A stretch of DNA of 64,000 nucleotides from Macrostomum lignano. Taxonomy: Eukaryota. Of this stretch, positions 13,346 through 36,238 are shown in pieces. Location: the NCBI GenBank assembly GCA_002269645.1, contig NIVC01000013.1:1240001-1304000 (forward strand), given 5' to 3'. A program made the position numbers and the translations under genes. The first letter of the stretch is position 1; each line of letters opens with the position of its first letter. Under the pieces are notes generated by a model. It was not told where the DNA came from and did no database searches. It worked only from the letters and a program-made list of their open reading frames with translations.

Positions 13346-14376
13346 CAAGCATCAAATCTGGGTCATTTTTAGAGGCTGCTACACCCAAGAGTTGAGCCTC
13401 TAGCCTCCCATTGGTTTAGTGTAGCCAAATAAAAAAATCTTTAGAGGCTAGACCCTTATCAGACCCTTACTAGCTAGACCCTTGGGGGAAAAATATATTA
13501 TTAATGGACAATATCACTAGGTCTAAACATACATTCTGATTCTATTACAGCATAGAACAAAGTCATAGGTCTACTTATACAGATAGGAGTAAGAGACAAG
13601 CCTATATAGCATACATTTTGTAGTTTGTCAATGTCAATTTTTTTAAATTGTTGATGCTACTGCCTTCTACTCAACATTTAAAGCCATAGCTATTTTCATA
13701 TTGATACTACACTATGAAACAATTTAAGGAAAAAAATAATTTCTTTGGCTAGGTCTAAAGAAGAAACTAACAATTTGGATACATCAAAAGACTGAGAATT
13801 CAAATTAAAAGGGTCCACTATGTTCAAAATGGTAGAAAGAATATTTAAACAAATTCATTTACTGTTAGCTACCCAAAAGACAACTAAAACAAGTTTCAAT
13901 CATTTAAAAAACATAATGACCATTCTGTGAAATATTTTGTGAAAAAATACAATTCAGACACTTCAAAAACTAGTCTGAACAGTTTTTGAAGTTAGCAATT
14001 TGTTTTCTATGAACCAAAATGATGTTTATTATGTACCAATAGAAAAAAAATTGCTTGTGAAGATTTGTACAATCTTGAAGACAAAAGAGATTTAAGAGAG
14101 CCAACCAAAAAGAGCATCAGCACATGGGATAGTTTTACATTTTGAATTCTGATCTGGGCACAATAGACATGTCTCTGACCAGCTTGAATTACATTATATA
14201 TACATTACTTGACCACACATTACATAGTAACCTACTTTTCTCTATTTTATTCTGTATTTCAGACTGTGCTGAATTTCTTTGATAAAATCATAAAGAAAAA
14301 TCCTAATCATCAAGTATTGCTAACAATTTTTTGCAAACTTGGCAGTCCAATAATACAACTCGCACTACTTACATAA

Positions 14377-16582
<2,206 letters not shown>

Positions 16583-16828
16583 TGATGTCATCACTAGCTA
16601 CCTGGAATTTGTTTTATCGTATTGTTGCAACTAAAGCTTTTTCCTTTAGACTAACTCTTAGACCATTCTTAGGGAACACAGTCTCGCTTGTATTTATACC
16701 TCAGAGGCTGAACCTCAGAGGGTTTCAGTCTGCGTTTTGAGGCCCGGGGTACAGTTGCATGGGTTAGAGAGGACAGACAGACAAGGGGGTCAAGGAGCAC
16801 AAAAAAGTACTGTCACAACGGCTATCAC

Positions 16829-17510
16829 CTTCCCAGATCCTGAGTTGCTGGGCCACCAGCCTCCCAGAACCTCAGTTGCTGGGCCAGACTCCCAGATCCT
16901 CAGTTGCAGGGTCAACAGCCTCCCAGATCCTCAGTTGCTGGGCCACCAGTCTCCCAGAACCTCAGTTGTAGGGTCAACAGCCTCCCAGATCCTCAGTTGC
17001 TTGGCCAACTTCCCAGATCCTCAGTTGCTGGGCCAGCCTCCCAGAACCTCAGTTGCAGGGCCAACAGCCTCCCAGATCCTCAGTTGCTGGGCCACCAGCC
17101 TCCCAGAACCTCAGTTGCTGGGCCAGCCTCCCAGATCCTCAGTTGCTTGGCCAACTTCCCAGATCCTCAGTTGCTGGGCCAGCCTCCCAGAACCTCAGTT
17201 GCAGGGCCACCAGCCTCCCAGAACCTCAGTTGCTGGGCCAGCCTCCCAGATCCTCAGTTGCTTGGCCAACTTCCCAGATCCTCAGTTGCTGGGCCAGCCT
17301 CCCAGAACCTCAGTTGCAGGGCCAACAGCCTCCCAGATCCTCAGTTGCTGGGCCACCAGCCTCCCAGAACCTCAGTTGCTGGGCCAGCCTCCCAGATCCT
17401 GAGTTGCTGGGCCACCAGCCTCCCAGAACCTCAGTTGCTGGGCCAGCCTCCCAAATCCTCAGTTGCTGGGCCAGCCTCCCAAATCCTCACTTGCTTGGCC
17501 AGCCTCCCAG
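16829..17510. repeat. ~28-31-bp minisatellite (GCCTCCCAGATCCTCAGTTGCTGGGCCA) downstream of ARF6
   Basis: Tandem units; the same unit occurs at 32010-32612. Confidence 0.9.
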
Positions 17511-18514
17511 TTCATCAAGATGAATGCTCATAGTCTTAAACAGGCAATTAAATGCTAAGCTTTAATTGAAAATGAGATTATTGCAGACAATCAGTAAAAC
17601 GAAATCGCGTTGACTGCTCAGTGGTTGGATACTGCGATCACAGTGCAAATCTATTTATAATGAACCAAAATTACTCATGGGATTCAATATTATTTTTCCG
17701 TAAATATTTGCTTCATATAACTCTTTGTTGATATAACTGCCTTAAGTTTTTTTGCGTAAAATACGTTTTTTGCTATGCTATGCTAGCAGTTGTCACAAAG
17801 TTTTATATGTTTCCTGACGAATTGACATTAACTTGAAGCATCAAATGCACTTTCAGCAGTTTTCGTACTCAATGATTAGAAAAAAACACAAAACAAACTG
17901 GTATATGTTTACTCGGGCAGTGTTTGATTGCAATAAATAGCTCGTATCTGTTTTTGTCTTCATGAATGCATAATAATATATTTTTTAACTGACACAAAAT
18001 ATATGCTATGTGTATAGGAGAAATTGAAATATTTTACCTTGTACTGTAAATTTAACTCAATCGATTAAATTTGCCTGTTTTGTAGCTCACTTCGGTTTTG
18101 TTTTGTTAGCCCGTAGTTATTTATAATTGCGTGTAGATATGCTGGTTGTTGCAACTGTCGCACATTCTTATACATGTAGTATGCTAATTTTTACAGGAGT
18201 TTTATGTATTTTTCCAGCAATATGATTCTTTGTTTATTTAGTTTTGCCTGTGTTTTTTATTAATCTCACTACTGCAATATTCATGTACCCAAATCCCGTG
18301 TAAAGAATTATTTTTTGCGATGAAAAATAGATTGTATATGAATTCCTGCAATATTTATCCGTTAATAATAAACAGAATTTTTTTTATGTATCAATGCTGT
18401 TACACATTAGTAGCATTAAAATATTTTTCAGATGGATTCTATTTTCTTGCTTTATTTATTTTAATCACGTAAATCTCATCAAATCATGGTTCGCTAAATA
18501 ATGTCTCAACAGAC

Positions 18515-19017
18515 GGGTCCATGAGAATTGCCCGCAGACGAATTGCCCGCAGGAGATTTGCCTACGAGTGGATTGCCCGCGGCGTTTTTTCCCGCCGAGG
18601 TTTGCCCGCAATGCTTTTTTACTGCAGATTTTGTCTGCATTGCCTTCCCAATGCTTATTACATGTAATAATTCTTAGTAAAGAGATTTAAACGATCAAAA
18701 CTTTTTGATAGTAACTGCATTTCAAATGCATATTTTTTTGGGGGGGGGGCAAGGCAACACATACAGAATCTAGCTGCCAAATGCGCTGCAGTAAAAAAGC
18801 ATTGCGGGCAAACCTCTGGCAGAAAAAACTCTGCGGGTAACTCGCTCGCGGGCAATCTACTCGCGGGAAAATTGCACTGCGGGCAATTCTTGGCAGGAAA
18901 ATCTCCACGGGCATGCAATTTGCTCACGGGCAAAATGCACTTCGGGCAAATCTCGGCGGGCAAATCTGCGGGCAAATCTTGGCGGGCAATTCGTCTGCGG
19001 GCATTTCTCGTGCTCCA
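18515..19017. mobile_element. MULE-like MITE
   Basis: ~35-bp imperfect TIRs (..GAGAATTGCCCGCAGACGAATTGCCCGC / GCGGGCAATTCGTCTGCGGGCATTTCTC..), inverted TTGCCCGC subrepeats, perfect 9-bp TSD TCAACAGAC (18506-18514 and 19018-19026). Confidence 0.85.
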
Positions 19018-21469
19018 TCAACAGACATATATATTATATATATGCGACGTAAGACTTCAACAAATTCTTTAGAAATAAATCTAAATCTTTTAGTTCTAAA
19101 GAAGCACTTTAGTCACTAGTGATTAGTGAATGACGAAATGCAATCAGGTGGAAATGATGAGGTGCAAGTAGCTCTAGATTCTAGGTTATGTTATGGCCTC
19201 TAGATTATTCACAATCCTCTAATTTTAAATCCCCTACTTAACGTACTGACGTCTGACCAGTGAATCTAAAAGCTCAGCTACATGTAGGTTGTGAATGCAC
19301 GTGTGAAGTAGATAAAACGCTATTTTTAGCAGTATTGATTAACCACTATAAAACTTTTTGTTTTAATAAATTTATTTTAATCAAGTATTACAGAAAAAAA
19401 TGGCTTCTGTAAAGACTAACAAATATTTGAAACTAAGGATTTTGTTTTTTTAGGTCAGTTTTTACTCAATTTTTGACGTCCTGCATTTCGCAGATTGACC
19501 TGCCAAATATTTAAGATTCGAAGTTAAAACTGAAACATGTTAAATCTAGTCAAAAGACGATTTCAAGGTCAAGCTAATAAAAGTGTCTATATAAAACTTG
19601 TAAATTACTAATATAATGCTAATATAGTAATATTAAAATTGACACTCACAAAAATACGCCTACACTGCACAAAACAAAAGTCTTAATTATTTGTTTAGGC
19701 CCTAGCCTAGGAGTATTTAAACAAAAGAAAAATTCGAATTTTGTATAATGTCTAATCTTGTTCAGATATTTTATCCAATCTAGGCGTATATGTATATTTA
19801 ATCTACTGCATCTATCTACTTATTCACTATATGTATATGTAATATAAATACTATAGTAGAGTATATACTATAATGTTAGGTCTACTATTATATTAGGCCT
19901 ATGATAACACTTCACAAATCACAAGTTAAGCCTATTTAATTTTTGCATATGTAGATGTAGCTGTAGGTCTTGGCCTATTACTGGCTATTATATTGCTTTT
20001 AATAGCATTAATGCTTTGCAAAATACAATATACAACTGATGGTTTTCTTTTACTTTCAAACAATGAGATTGAGATGCCATACATCTATGGATTTTTAATT
20101 TTTAGACTTTACAAATAGGAAAACACAACATTACACATTCTGCAAACATTTATAAAGAAAAAGTCTATCTAAGAACGCCATGACTAGGGACACACCGGCC
20201 GTGCCTCTAACTCTATGTCTAAGGACACGGCCACCGTGTCCCTAGCTACCACGCTACTCTGTGCCTAGAGCCACGGTGGCCATGTCTTTAGCTGTGTGGA
20301 CTCGCGGCATGGCCGCCATGTCCCTAGCTCTGTGTATGGAGACACGGCGGCCGTGTTCCTAGTAATCTACCACTCACATGCCTGGGGCACGGCAGTTGTC
20401 TCTGAACAATGGGCTTTAAATGCAAATGATTCGATACATGTACGTAGGTAGCTCGAATGTTGCCGGTAGTGTCCGTAAAGACAGTGAAATATTGTGTCAA
20501 TCAATCTTTTCCAATATACTAAAACTCACAAGTATATACTGTGTCATGGATCCGAGTTTGTCTTTTGGTCAAATAGGCTATTTCTTCACTTCTCCGATTT
20601 TTGCCCAAATCCGTTTATCCCCCCTTTTCAAAATCATAGTTTCGCCACTGCATGTAAAAAGGCTGTAAGCCAAGGAATTAAGGCGGCTTAAGGCAGTTAA
20701 TAAACAATTTGATAGTTAATGCAAGACTGCAATTACTAGAAACTCATGATTAAGAAAAAAGCATTTAGAAATGGTTAGAAAAATTTGTTAAACACAAAAG
20801 GCACATCTTTTAGAATGCAATATAAAGCTGGCATAACTTTAGTATTGTTGAATCTTAAAATAATTGTAATTGTATCCAGTTATAAACTATATATTTTAAA
20901 CATTGGTTAAAATCTCAATATATCACATAATATAACAAGGGAATGATAATGAAAGCTATGACTCATAGTATGAGTAGCAAAATTTAGAGCTATGAATGCT
21001 CAAATTTTTATTTTTTCACTTGGATCTAAGCTAAACTAATAGACTTCTATATTGCAAGATAAAACAAAGAACAAGTATTATACAAAAAATAGATGCAGAT
21101 TATAGAAAGCCACTATGTTTCTATAGCCTAGCTAGGCTGGCTTTGCCTGGCTATCAATTTTTAAGAATTCTTTTTATTTATCACTTTTCAGGTTGAATAT
21201 TTTAACCAAAACTCAAGATGTAACAATCTTTCAACTTTCTTAATGATACTGAAAAAAATTTTTATTATTGAATACATTTATAAGACTTTTAACTCAAAAA
21301 AATGAATAGGTGCAGGAACAGTATTAGTCAGCTTAAGTTAGGACATGAATTTTTTATTTACATTGATTTAAAATAGATTGCACAAAGTAGGAAGATAGGA
21401 TAATAGAATAAAAATATAGCTAAAATGGCTAATCTTTTCCATTGACACATCTTTAATATCATTGTTAAA

Positions 21470-21744
21470 AGTAGCCTGTGCTTTTCACATATTGCCATAT
21501 GTAGAGTTGCATCTTGCAAATATTACAGTTATTATTCAAACTTAATTTTGCTATTGAAATTTAATGTTAAAGAAATGAAAAGTTTCTTCAAAAGTTCTAA
21601 TTACCTTTATATAATTTGGCAATGCCAGTCTCCATTTCCCAAATTCATCTGGGTCCTTTAGAAAGATAAACACTTTGATTGTCTTCTTTTTAGACTTATA
21701 GCCTAATTGGACTTGTATCCTAGAACAAAGCATTTTCTTGGCAT
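21470..21744 (-). pseudogene. Decayed THAP domain (P-type transposase N-terminus)
   Basis: Minus strand reads MPRKCFVLGYKSN*, then frameshifted KVFIFLKDPDEFGKWRLALPN, then MAICEKH, matching the THAP C2CH signature. Confidence 0.6.
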
Positions 21745-22884
21745 TAGTTATTGACAATTATCATTTGTAAACTTAATAAAGATGGAAAGAACTAGCATTA
21801 GTAGAAGATTAGAAAAAAGTTTGCATTTTATGCCATAGATGACAAGTTCTCTGATAGCAGCTTTTTATAAGACATTTTTTATGAGCTATATAATACATTG
21901 AGAAAATAGAGGTATAATGTACCAAAAGACTTACTGCTTCTCTTAGAAGAAAGAAATAAAAACTGGGTTGTGCATCTTTTAGGATAGCTTTTATTTAGGC
22001 TGGAGAAAAACCTGTTCAATTGTTGAATAATAAATTCTAAAGATCATAAGAAAAATCAGCCTATAACTTTTTTCCATTTTAGCCAATTTCTTTTTTTCCT
22101 ATATTTTAGTAATCCTTAGAGCTTGCTTAACCAATGCTAGCTAAGTAAGCATTGCCATTAATAAATTCTTTATATTATACAAATGTATGCCATGATAGCA
22201 ATGTTGATTTAGCAACTATAAAACATTTATAAATAATATAGTATATAAATTTTAATGATATGCAACTTAATTTTGGACTAAAAAGTTGATTCTGCAACCT
22301 ATATAAAAATTATGTCTTTAATTTGCATTCTTTTTTTAAACTTGTCAATTTTCTGTCGTTTTGGTCTATTATAATTTACTCATGTATAATTTTACATATT
22401 TATATGTGCTTAGGAACTAACAGAATGGGTGAAATTGCCTTAGTGCTAGTTGAAGAACAGTGTTAATGCTAAAGCTAGACCTATTAATGATATAAGGTGT
22501 CTAGAACCCTCTTATGGAATATCATCATTATTATTACCCAAATAACCAACCAATAGAGTATTTAGTTAGAAATCATTATTGTCACAAAATGAATCAAAAA
22601 TTATTATGAAAGGACCAAATTTGTCAAAAAATTCATACATTTTATTAGAATTCTTAATCTAGGACATGACAGTTTTTTCTCATTTTTTTCATGTGTGACA
22701 CTAGAAGCCAAAACTGCTATTTTGAACACTTGAAATACATTTTCATATACATGCACTAATGGAAAAGTGTGCATCCAACAACTTAAGCCATAGTTATTAT
22801 ATATCACATCCAAAGGCTACATATGGCTGTTTAGTCCAAGGACTAAGGGTCGCCATACACACCCAGCCTCAATTGCCCCAACAA

Positions 22885-22955
22885 TGCTGGAACCCATTTT
22901 ACAGCTGGGTGAGCTGAAGCAATGCAGAGTTAAGTGTCTTGCACAAGGACACAAA
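22885..22955 (+). mobile_element. CORE-SINE-like fragment upstream of RPS13
   Basis: CCCATTTTACAGCTGGGTGAGCTG..GTTAAGTGTCTTGCACAAGGACACA resembles the MIR/CORE domain; recognised from memory, not by search. Confidence 0.45.
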
Positions 22956-23127
22956 TTGTTCCAAGTGGGTCAAGACTAACATTCAATTCGGGTACTCTTT
23001 ATATCCTTAATAATGTTACAAAATCTGTTGGGTAGTAGTCTTATTCACTCATTACTTATTAAAACACAATATTCATGAGGCAATATTAGTCCATTCCAAA
23101 TTTGATCTCACCTGACTAAATTAAATC

Positions 23128-23583
23128 ATGGGTCGCATGCACACGCCTGGCAAAGGTCTGAGCCAGTCTGCTCTGCCCTATCGTCGCTCCGTGCCGCTCT
23201 GGCTGAAACTGAGCGCCGATGACGTCATCGATCAGATCTGCAAGCTGGCTAAGAAGGGCCTGACCCCGTCGCAGATTGGTGTCATCCTGAGGGACTCGCA
23301 CGGCGTGGCCCAGGCCCGCTGGGTGGCTGGCAACAAGATCCTGCGCATCCTGAAGGCCAAGGGCCTGGCCGCCAGCCTGCCAGAGGATCTCTACTACCTA
23401 ATTAAAAAGGCAGTGGCCATTCGCAAGCATCTGGAGCGCAATCGCAAGGATAAGGATTCAAAGTTCCGTCTGATTCTAGTTGAGAGTCGTATTCACCGGT
23501 TGGCCAGGTACTACAAGACTCGCGGCACCCTGCCTAGCAACTGGAAGTACGAATCGTCCACCGCTTCGACTCTTGTGGCTTAG
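23128..23583 (+). CDS. RPS13: 40S ribosomal protein S13 (uS15), intronless, 151 aa
   Basis: [20 protein letters not shown] start, [31 protein letters not shown], full-length intact ORF. Confidence 0.97.
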   Translation: MGRMHTPGKGLSQSALPYRRSVPLWLKLSADDVIDQICKLAKKGLTPSQIGVILRDSHGVAQARWVAGNKILRILKAKGLAASLPEDLYYLIKKAVAIRKHLERNRKDKDSKFRLILVESRIHRLARYYKTRGTLPSNWKYESSTASTLVA

Positions 23584-23825
23584 ATTGGATTTAGCGATGA
23601 CTTTATTATATGTGAGACTATGAGCAGTTTGTGTTGAGTCTTAGTAGAATGAATTGGACTAGCAAGACAGAATAATAAACGGACAGTCAGATAAAGCCTC
23701 TGTTGGAAGAAATGCTGTTTTAGGCTTGTGTTATTCATTTTTAGTAGAAAACACATACATAGGCTACCTCACACTCTCCATTCTTAGATTCAATCCTTCA
23801 ACTTCCGATATTTATCAAGCTGGAG

Positions 23826-24525
23826 TTGCCCATCCCATAGAGAGTTCCCATAGATATCCTCAAGTTCGAGTTCTCACAGAGATCCTCAAGTTTGAGTTCC
23901 AATAGAGATGCTCAAGTTTGAGTTCCCATAGAGATCTTCAAGTTTGAGTTCCCATAGAGATCTTCAAGTTTGAGTTCCCATAGAGATGCTCAAGTTTGAG
24001 TTCCCATAGAGATCCTCAAGTTTGAGTTCCAATAGAGATCCTCAAGTTTGAGTTCCAATAGAGATCCTCAAGTTTGAGTTCCCATAGAGATCTTCAAGTT
24101 TGAGTTCCCATAGAGATGCTCGAGTTTGAGTTCCCATAGAGATCTTCAAGTTTGAGTTCCCATAGAGATCTTCAAGTTTGAGTTCCCATAGAGATGCTCG
24201 AGTTTGAGTTCCCATAGAGATCTTCAAGTTTGAGTTCCCATAGAGATCTTCAAGTTTGAGTTCCCATAGAGATCTTCAAGTTTCAGTTCTCACAGAGATC
24301 CTCAAGTTTGAGTTCCAATAGAGATGCTCAAGTTTGAGTTCCCATAGAGATCCTCAAGTTTGAGTTCCCATAGAGATCTTCAAGTTTGAGTTCCCATAGA
24401 GATCTTCAAGTTTGAGTTCCCATAGAGATCTTCAAGTTTGAGTTCCCATAGAGATGCTCGAGTTTGAGTTCCCATAGAGATCCTCAAATTTAAGTTCCCT
24501 TAGAGATTCTTAAGTTTGAGTTTAA
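23826..24525. repeat. 26-bp minisatellite (CCCATAGAGATCTTCAAGTTTGAGTT) between RPS13 and NEDD4
   Basis: Tandem units. Confidence 0.9.
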
Positions 24526-24681
24526 ATAAGTCAGTCTACTCAAATGTTTTCAGGTGAAAACTTTTCTCTGCTACCATCAGCCATAGTATGGATTGACTAA
24601 AAGCCTGAAGGTCACTGGAAAGTCGCTGTGATTTTTATTCAACTTAAAAAGAAAGAAAACATTTTGTACAAATATTAAACA

Positions 24682-33066
<8,385 letters not shown>

Positions 33067-33711
33067 ATAGTGCGATTGATTATAAAAGTGTATTATTTTC
33101 TCAAAGAAGTTTATATGTACTATTAAATTGGAAAATAGGCCAAGAATCGCGACTGTTGTAAATTTTAAAGAAATTAAACAAGCGCGCCAAAACACACGCT
33201 CACACAGGATGTACATCGCCCATTTGACTTTCTAGTCGATCAGGCATGTACACCTTGGAGCCTTGGGATACATTCAATTGCATGAGACATTGGGGGGGAT
33301 TCCACCATAGATAAACAAACCCAGGGCACATTGTCAAATTTTACAGTGAACTATTTGCACCGCTTGAGATTGCAACGTTGTTTTGACTTATATTGTCCAC
33401 AGGTCATCTACTTAACAAAGACCTATCTGAAGTTTTATTAGGGCCACATAGTCTTTGTTGATCTTTCATCAATTGACTTCATGGTCCAATTGGCTCCACC
33501 ACTAACTAACTTGTTGAATTATTTTCATTTTATTCTAACAAAATTGCACAATTTTTAATGTAGTTGCTTTTTGCGTTTTTGTAGTAAATTTGTGTTGCAG
33601 ATGGGCTTTCTCTATTTTTTATTGATTTTTTAATCCAATGTGATCATCCCTCGTAGCCTTGGTAACCAACCATCCACGTCACTCCAGAATTTCATCAAAA
33701 TACACCTTAAG

Positions 33712-34950
33712 AACCGCCCTCAAACCACCTGCAGAATCGCCCTCAAACCACCTGCAGAATCGCCCTCAAACCACCTGCAGAACCGCCCTCAAACCACCTG
33801 CAGAATCGCCCTCAAACCACCTGCAGAACCGCTCTCAAACCACCTGCAGAATCGCCCTCAAACCACCTGCAGAACCGCCCTCAAACCACCTGCAGAATCG
33901 CCCTCAAACCACCTGCAGAACCGCTCTCAAACCACCTGCAGAATCGCCCTCAAACCACCTGCAGAATCGCCCTCAAACCACCTGCAGAATCGCCCTCAAA
34001 CCACCTGCAGAACCGCCCTCAAACCACCTGCAGAATCGCCCTCAAACCACCTGCAGAATCGCCCTCAAACCACCTGCAGAATCGCCCTCAAACCACCTGC
34101 AGAATCGCCCTCAAACCACCTGCAAAATCGCCCTCAAACCACCTGCAGAATCGCCCTCAAACCACCTGCAGAATCGCCCTCAAACCACCTGCAGAACCGC
34201 CCTCAAACCACCTGCAGAATCGCTCTCAAACCACCTGCAGAACCGCTCTCAAACCACCTGCAGAACCGCCCTCAAACCACCTGCAGAACCGCTCTCAAAC
34301 CACCTGCAGAACCGCCCTCAAACCACCTGCAGAACCGCTCTCAAACCACCTGCAGAACCGCCCTCAAACCACCTGCAGAACCGCCCTCAAACCACCTGCA
34401 GAATCGCCCTCAAACCACCTGCAGAATCGCCCTCAAACCACCTGCAGAACCGCCCTCAAACCACCTGCAGAATCGCCCTCAAACCACCTGCAGAATCGCC
34501 CTCAAACCACCTGCAGAACCGCTCTCAAACCACCTGCAGAACCGCCCTCAAACCACCTGCAGAATCGCCCTCAAACCACCTGCAGAATCGCCCTCAAACC
34601 ACCTGCAGAATCGCCCTCAAACCACCTGCAGAATCGCCCTCAAACCACCTGCAGAATCGCCCTCAAACCACCTGCAGAACCGCCCTCAAACCACCTGCAG
34701 AATCGCTCTCAAACCACCTGCAGAACCGCTCTCAAACCACCTGCAGAACCGCCCTCAAACCACCTGCAGAACCGCTCTCAAACCACCTGCAGAACCGCCC
34801 TCAAACCACCTGCAGAACCGCTCTCAAACCACCTGCAGAACCGCCCTCAAACCACCTGCAGAACCGCCCTCAAACCACCTGCAGAACCGCCCTCAAACCA
34901 CCTGCAGAACCGCCCTCAAACCACCTGCAGAACCGCTCTCAAACCACCTT
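33712..34950. repeat. 23-bp minisatellite (GAATCGCCCTCAAACCACCTGCA), intergenic
   Basis: About 54 tandem units. Confidence 0.92.
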
Positions 34951-35601
34951 CGATAAAAAAGTATTTGGAATCGCATTATGCATGTTCTGTTATGTCTTAT
35001 AACAATGTTATACTTTAAGTCTACATATGTTGCAAACTATTTTATATATATTGTATGAACAGTTTTTGCTATCTTAAGTTACGTAAAAGCGATAGAACCT
35101 TTCAAGTTACGTATAAATATTTCTTGCGTCATCACAAATTAGTCAGGTAATTAGAATTTAATTTAGCCTAAGTTCCATTGCTTGTCTTTTCTTTTCCTGC
35201 CCGCCGTAGACTATATCTCGATTCAGTCAGATTATTGTTATATTATTATACGGGAATAATTATAACTAAGCAAATCTGGCTTGTAAATACTATAAAATAA
35301 TAGCATATGCTGCTTATATTTCATACTTATAAATGCTTTTATTTTATTTAATGTTGTGCTGTTGATAAGAGTAAAAATATTATGCTTAGCCTACTTGGCG
35401 CTTGACACTGAAGAATCGTGATAACATTTTTATCCTTTAATAAGATGAAAAATAATTAAAATAAAACAATTTTTATCGGATTTCAAACCTGCTTGATTGA
35501 GTGCGCAATTTCATATTGTGTGCGTTTATCATTATTATTAAATATCTAATTTGCTGTTTTCTTCTGTTATTTAAAATTGGTGTTATTGCACATTTAGTTA
35601 G

Positions 35602-36118
35602 TGGGAGTAAGATGGGTGTAGGCTGTGGGGAAGGTGGGTGTAGGCTGTGCGGAGTGAGGTGGGTGTAGGCTGCGCGGTTTGAGTTGGGTGTAGGCTGTGC
35701 GGAGTGAGGTGGGTGTAGGCTGTGCGGAGTGAGGTGGGTGTAGGCTGTGTGGAGTGAGGTGGGTGTAGGCTGTGTGGAGTGAGGTGGGTGTAGGCTGTGT
35801 GGAGTGAGGTGGGTGTAGGCTGTGTGGAGTGAGGTGGGTGTAGGCTGTGCGGTTTGAGGTGGGTGTAGGCTGTGCGGAGTGAGGTGGGTGTAGGCTGTGC
35901 AGTTTGAGTTGGGTGTAGGCTGTGCGGTGGGAAGTGGGTGTAGGCTGTGCGGTGTGAAGTGGGTGCAGGCTGTGCTGAGTGAGGTGAGTGTAGGCTGTGC
36001 GGAGTGAGGTGGGTGTAGGCTGTGCGGAGTGAGGTGGGTGTAGGCTGTGCGGAGTGAGGTGGGTGTAGGCTGTGCGGAGTGAGGTGAGTGTAGGCTGTGC
36101 GGAGTGAGGTGGGAGTGA
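35602..36118. repeat. 25-bp G-rich minisatellite (GTGGGTGTAGGCTGTGCGGAGTGAG) just 3' of the kinase gene
   Basis: Tandem units. Confidence 0.9.
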
Positions 36119-36238
36119 GCCGTGTGAAATTTAAGATAATTCAGCATTGAACTGTTAATTTTGTACCATCGCTAAAAAGTATCAAGCAGTTGGAACAAGG
36201 CCATGCAACAGTTTCTCGAAATTTGTACGACGCAAAGT

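Noticed and set aside
16737-17533. Pro/Gln-rich repeat ORFs in three frames
   Set aside because: Open in all frames because of the minisatellite; no splice link to ARF6.
33640-35002. Two ~440-aa repeat ORFs
   Set aside because: A 23-bp unit without stops, no domain and no Met-initiated unique sequence.
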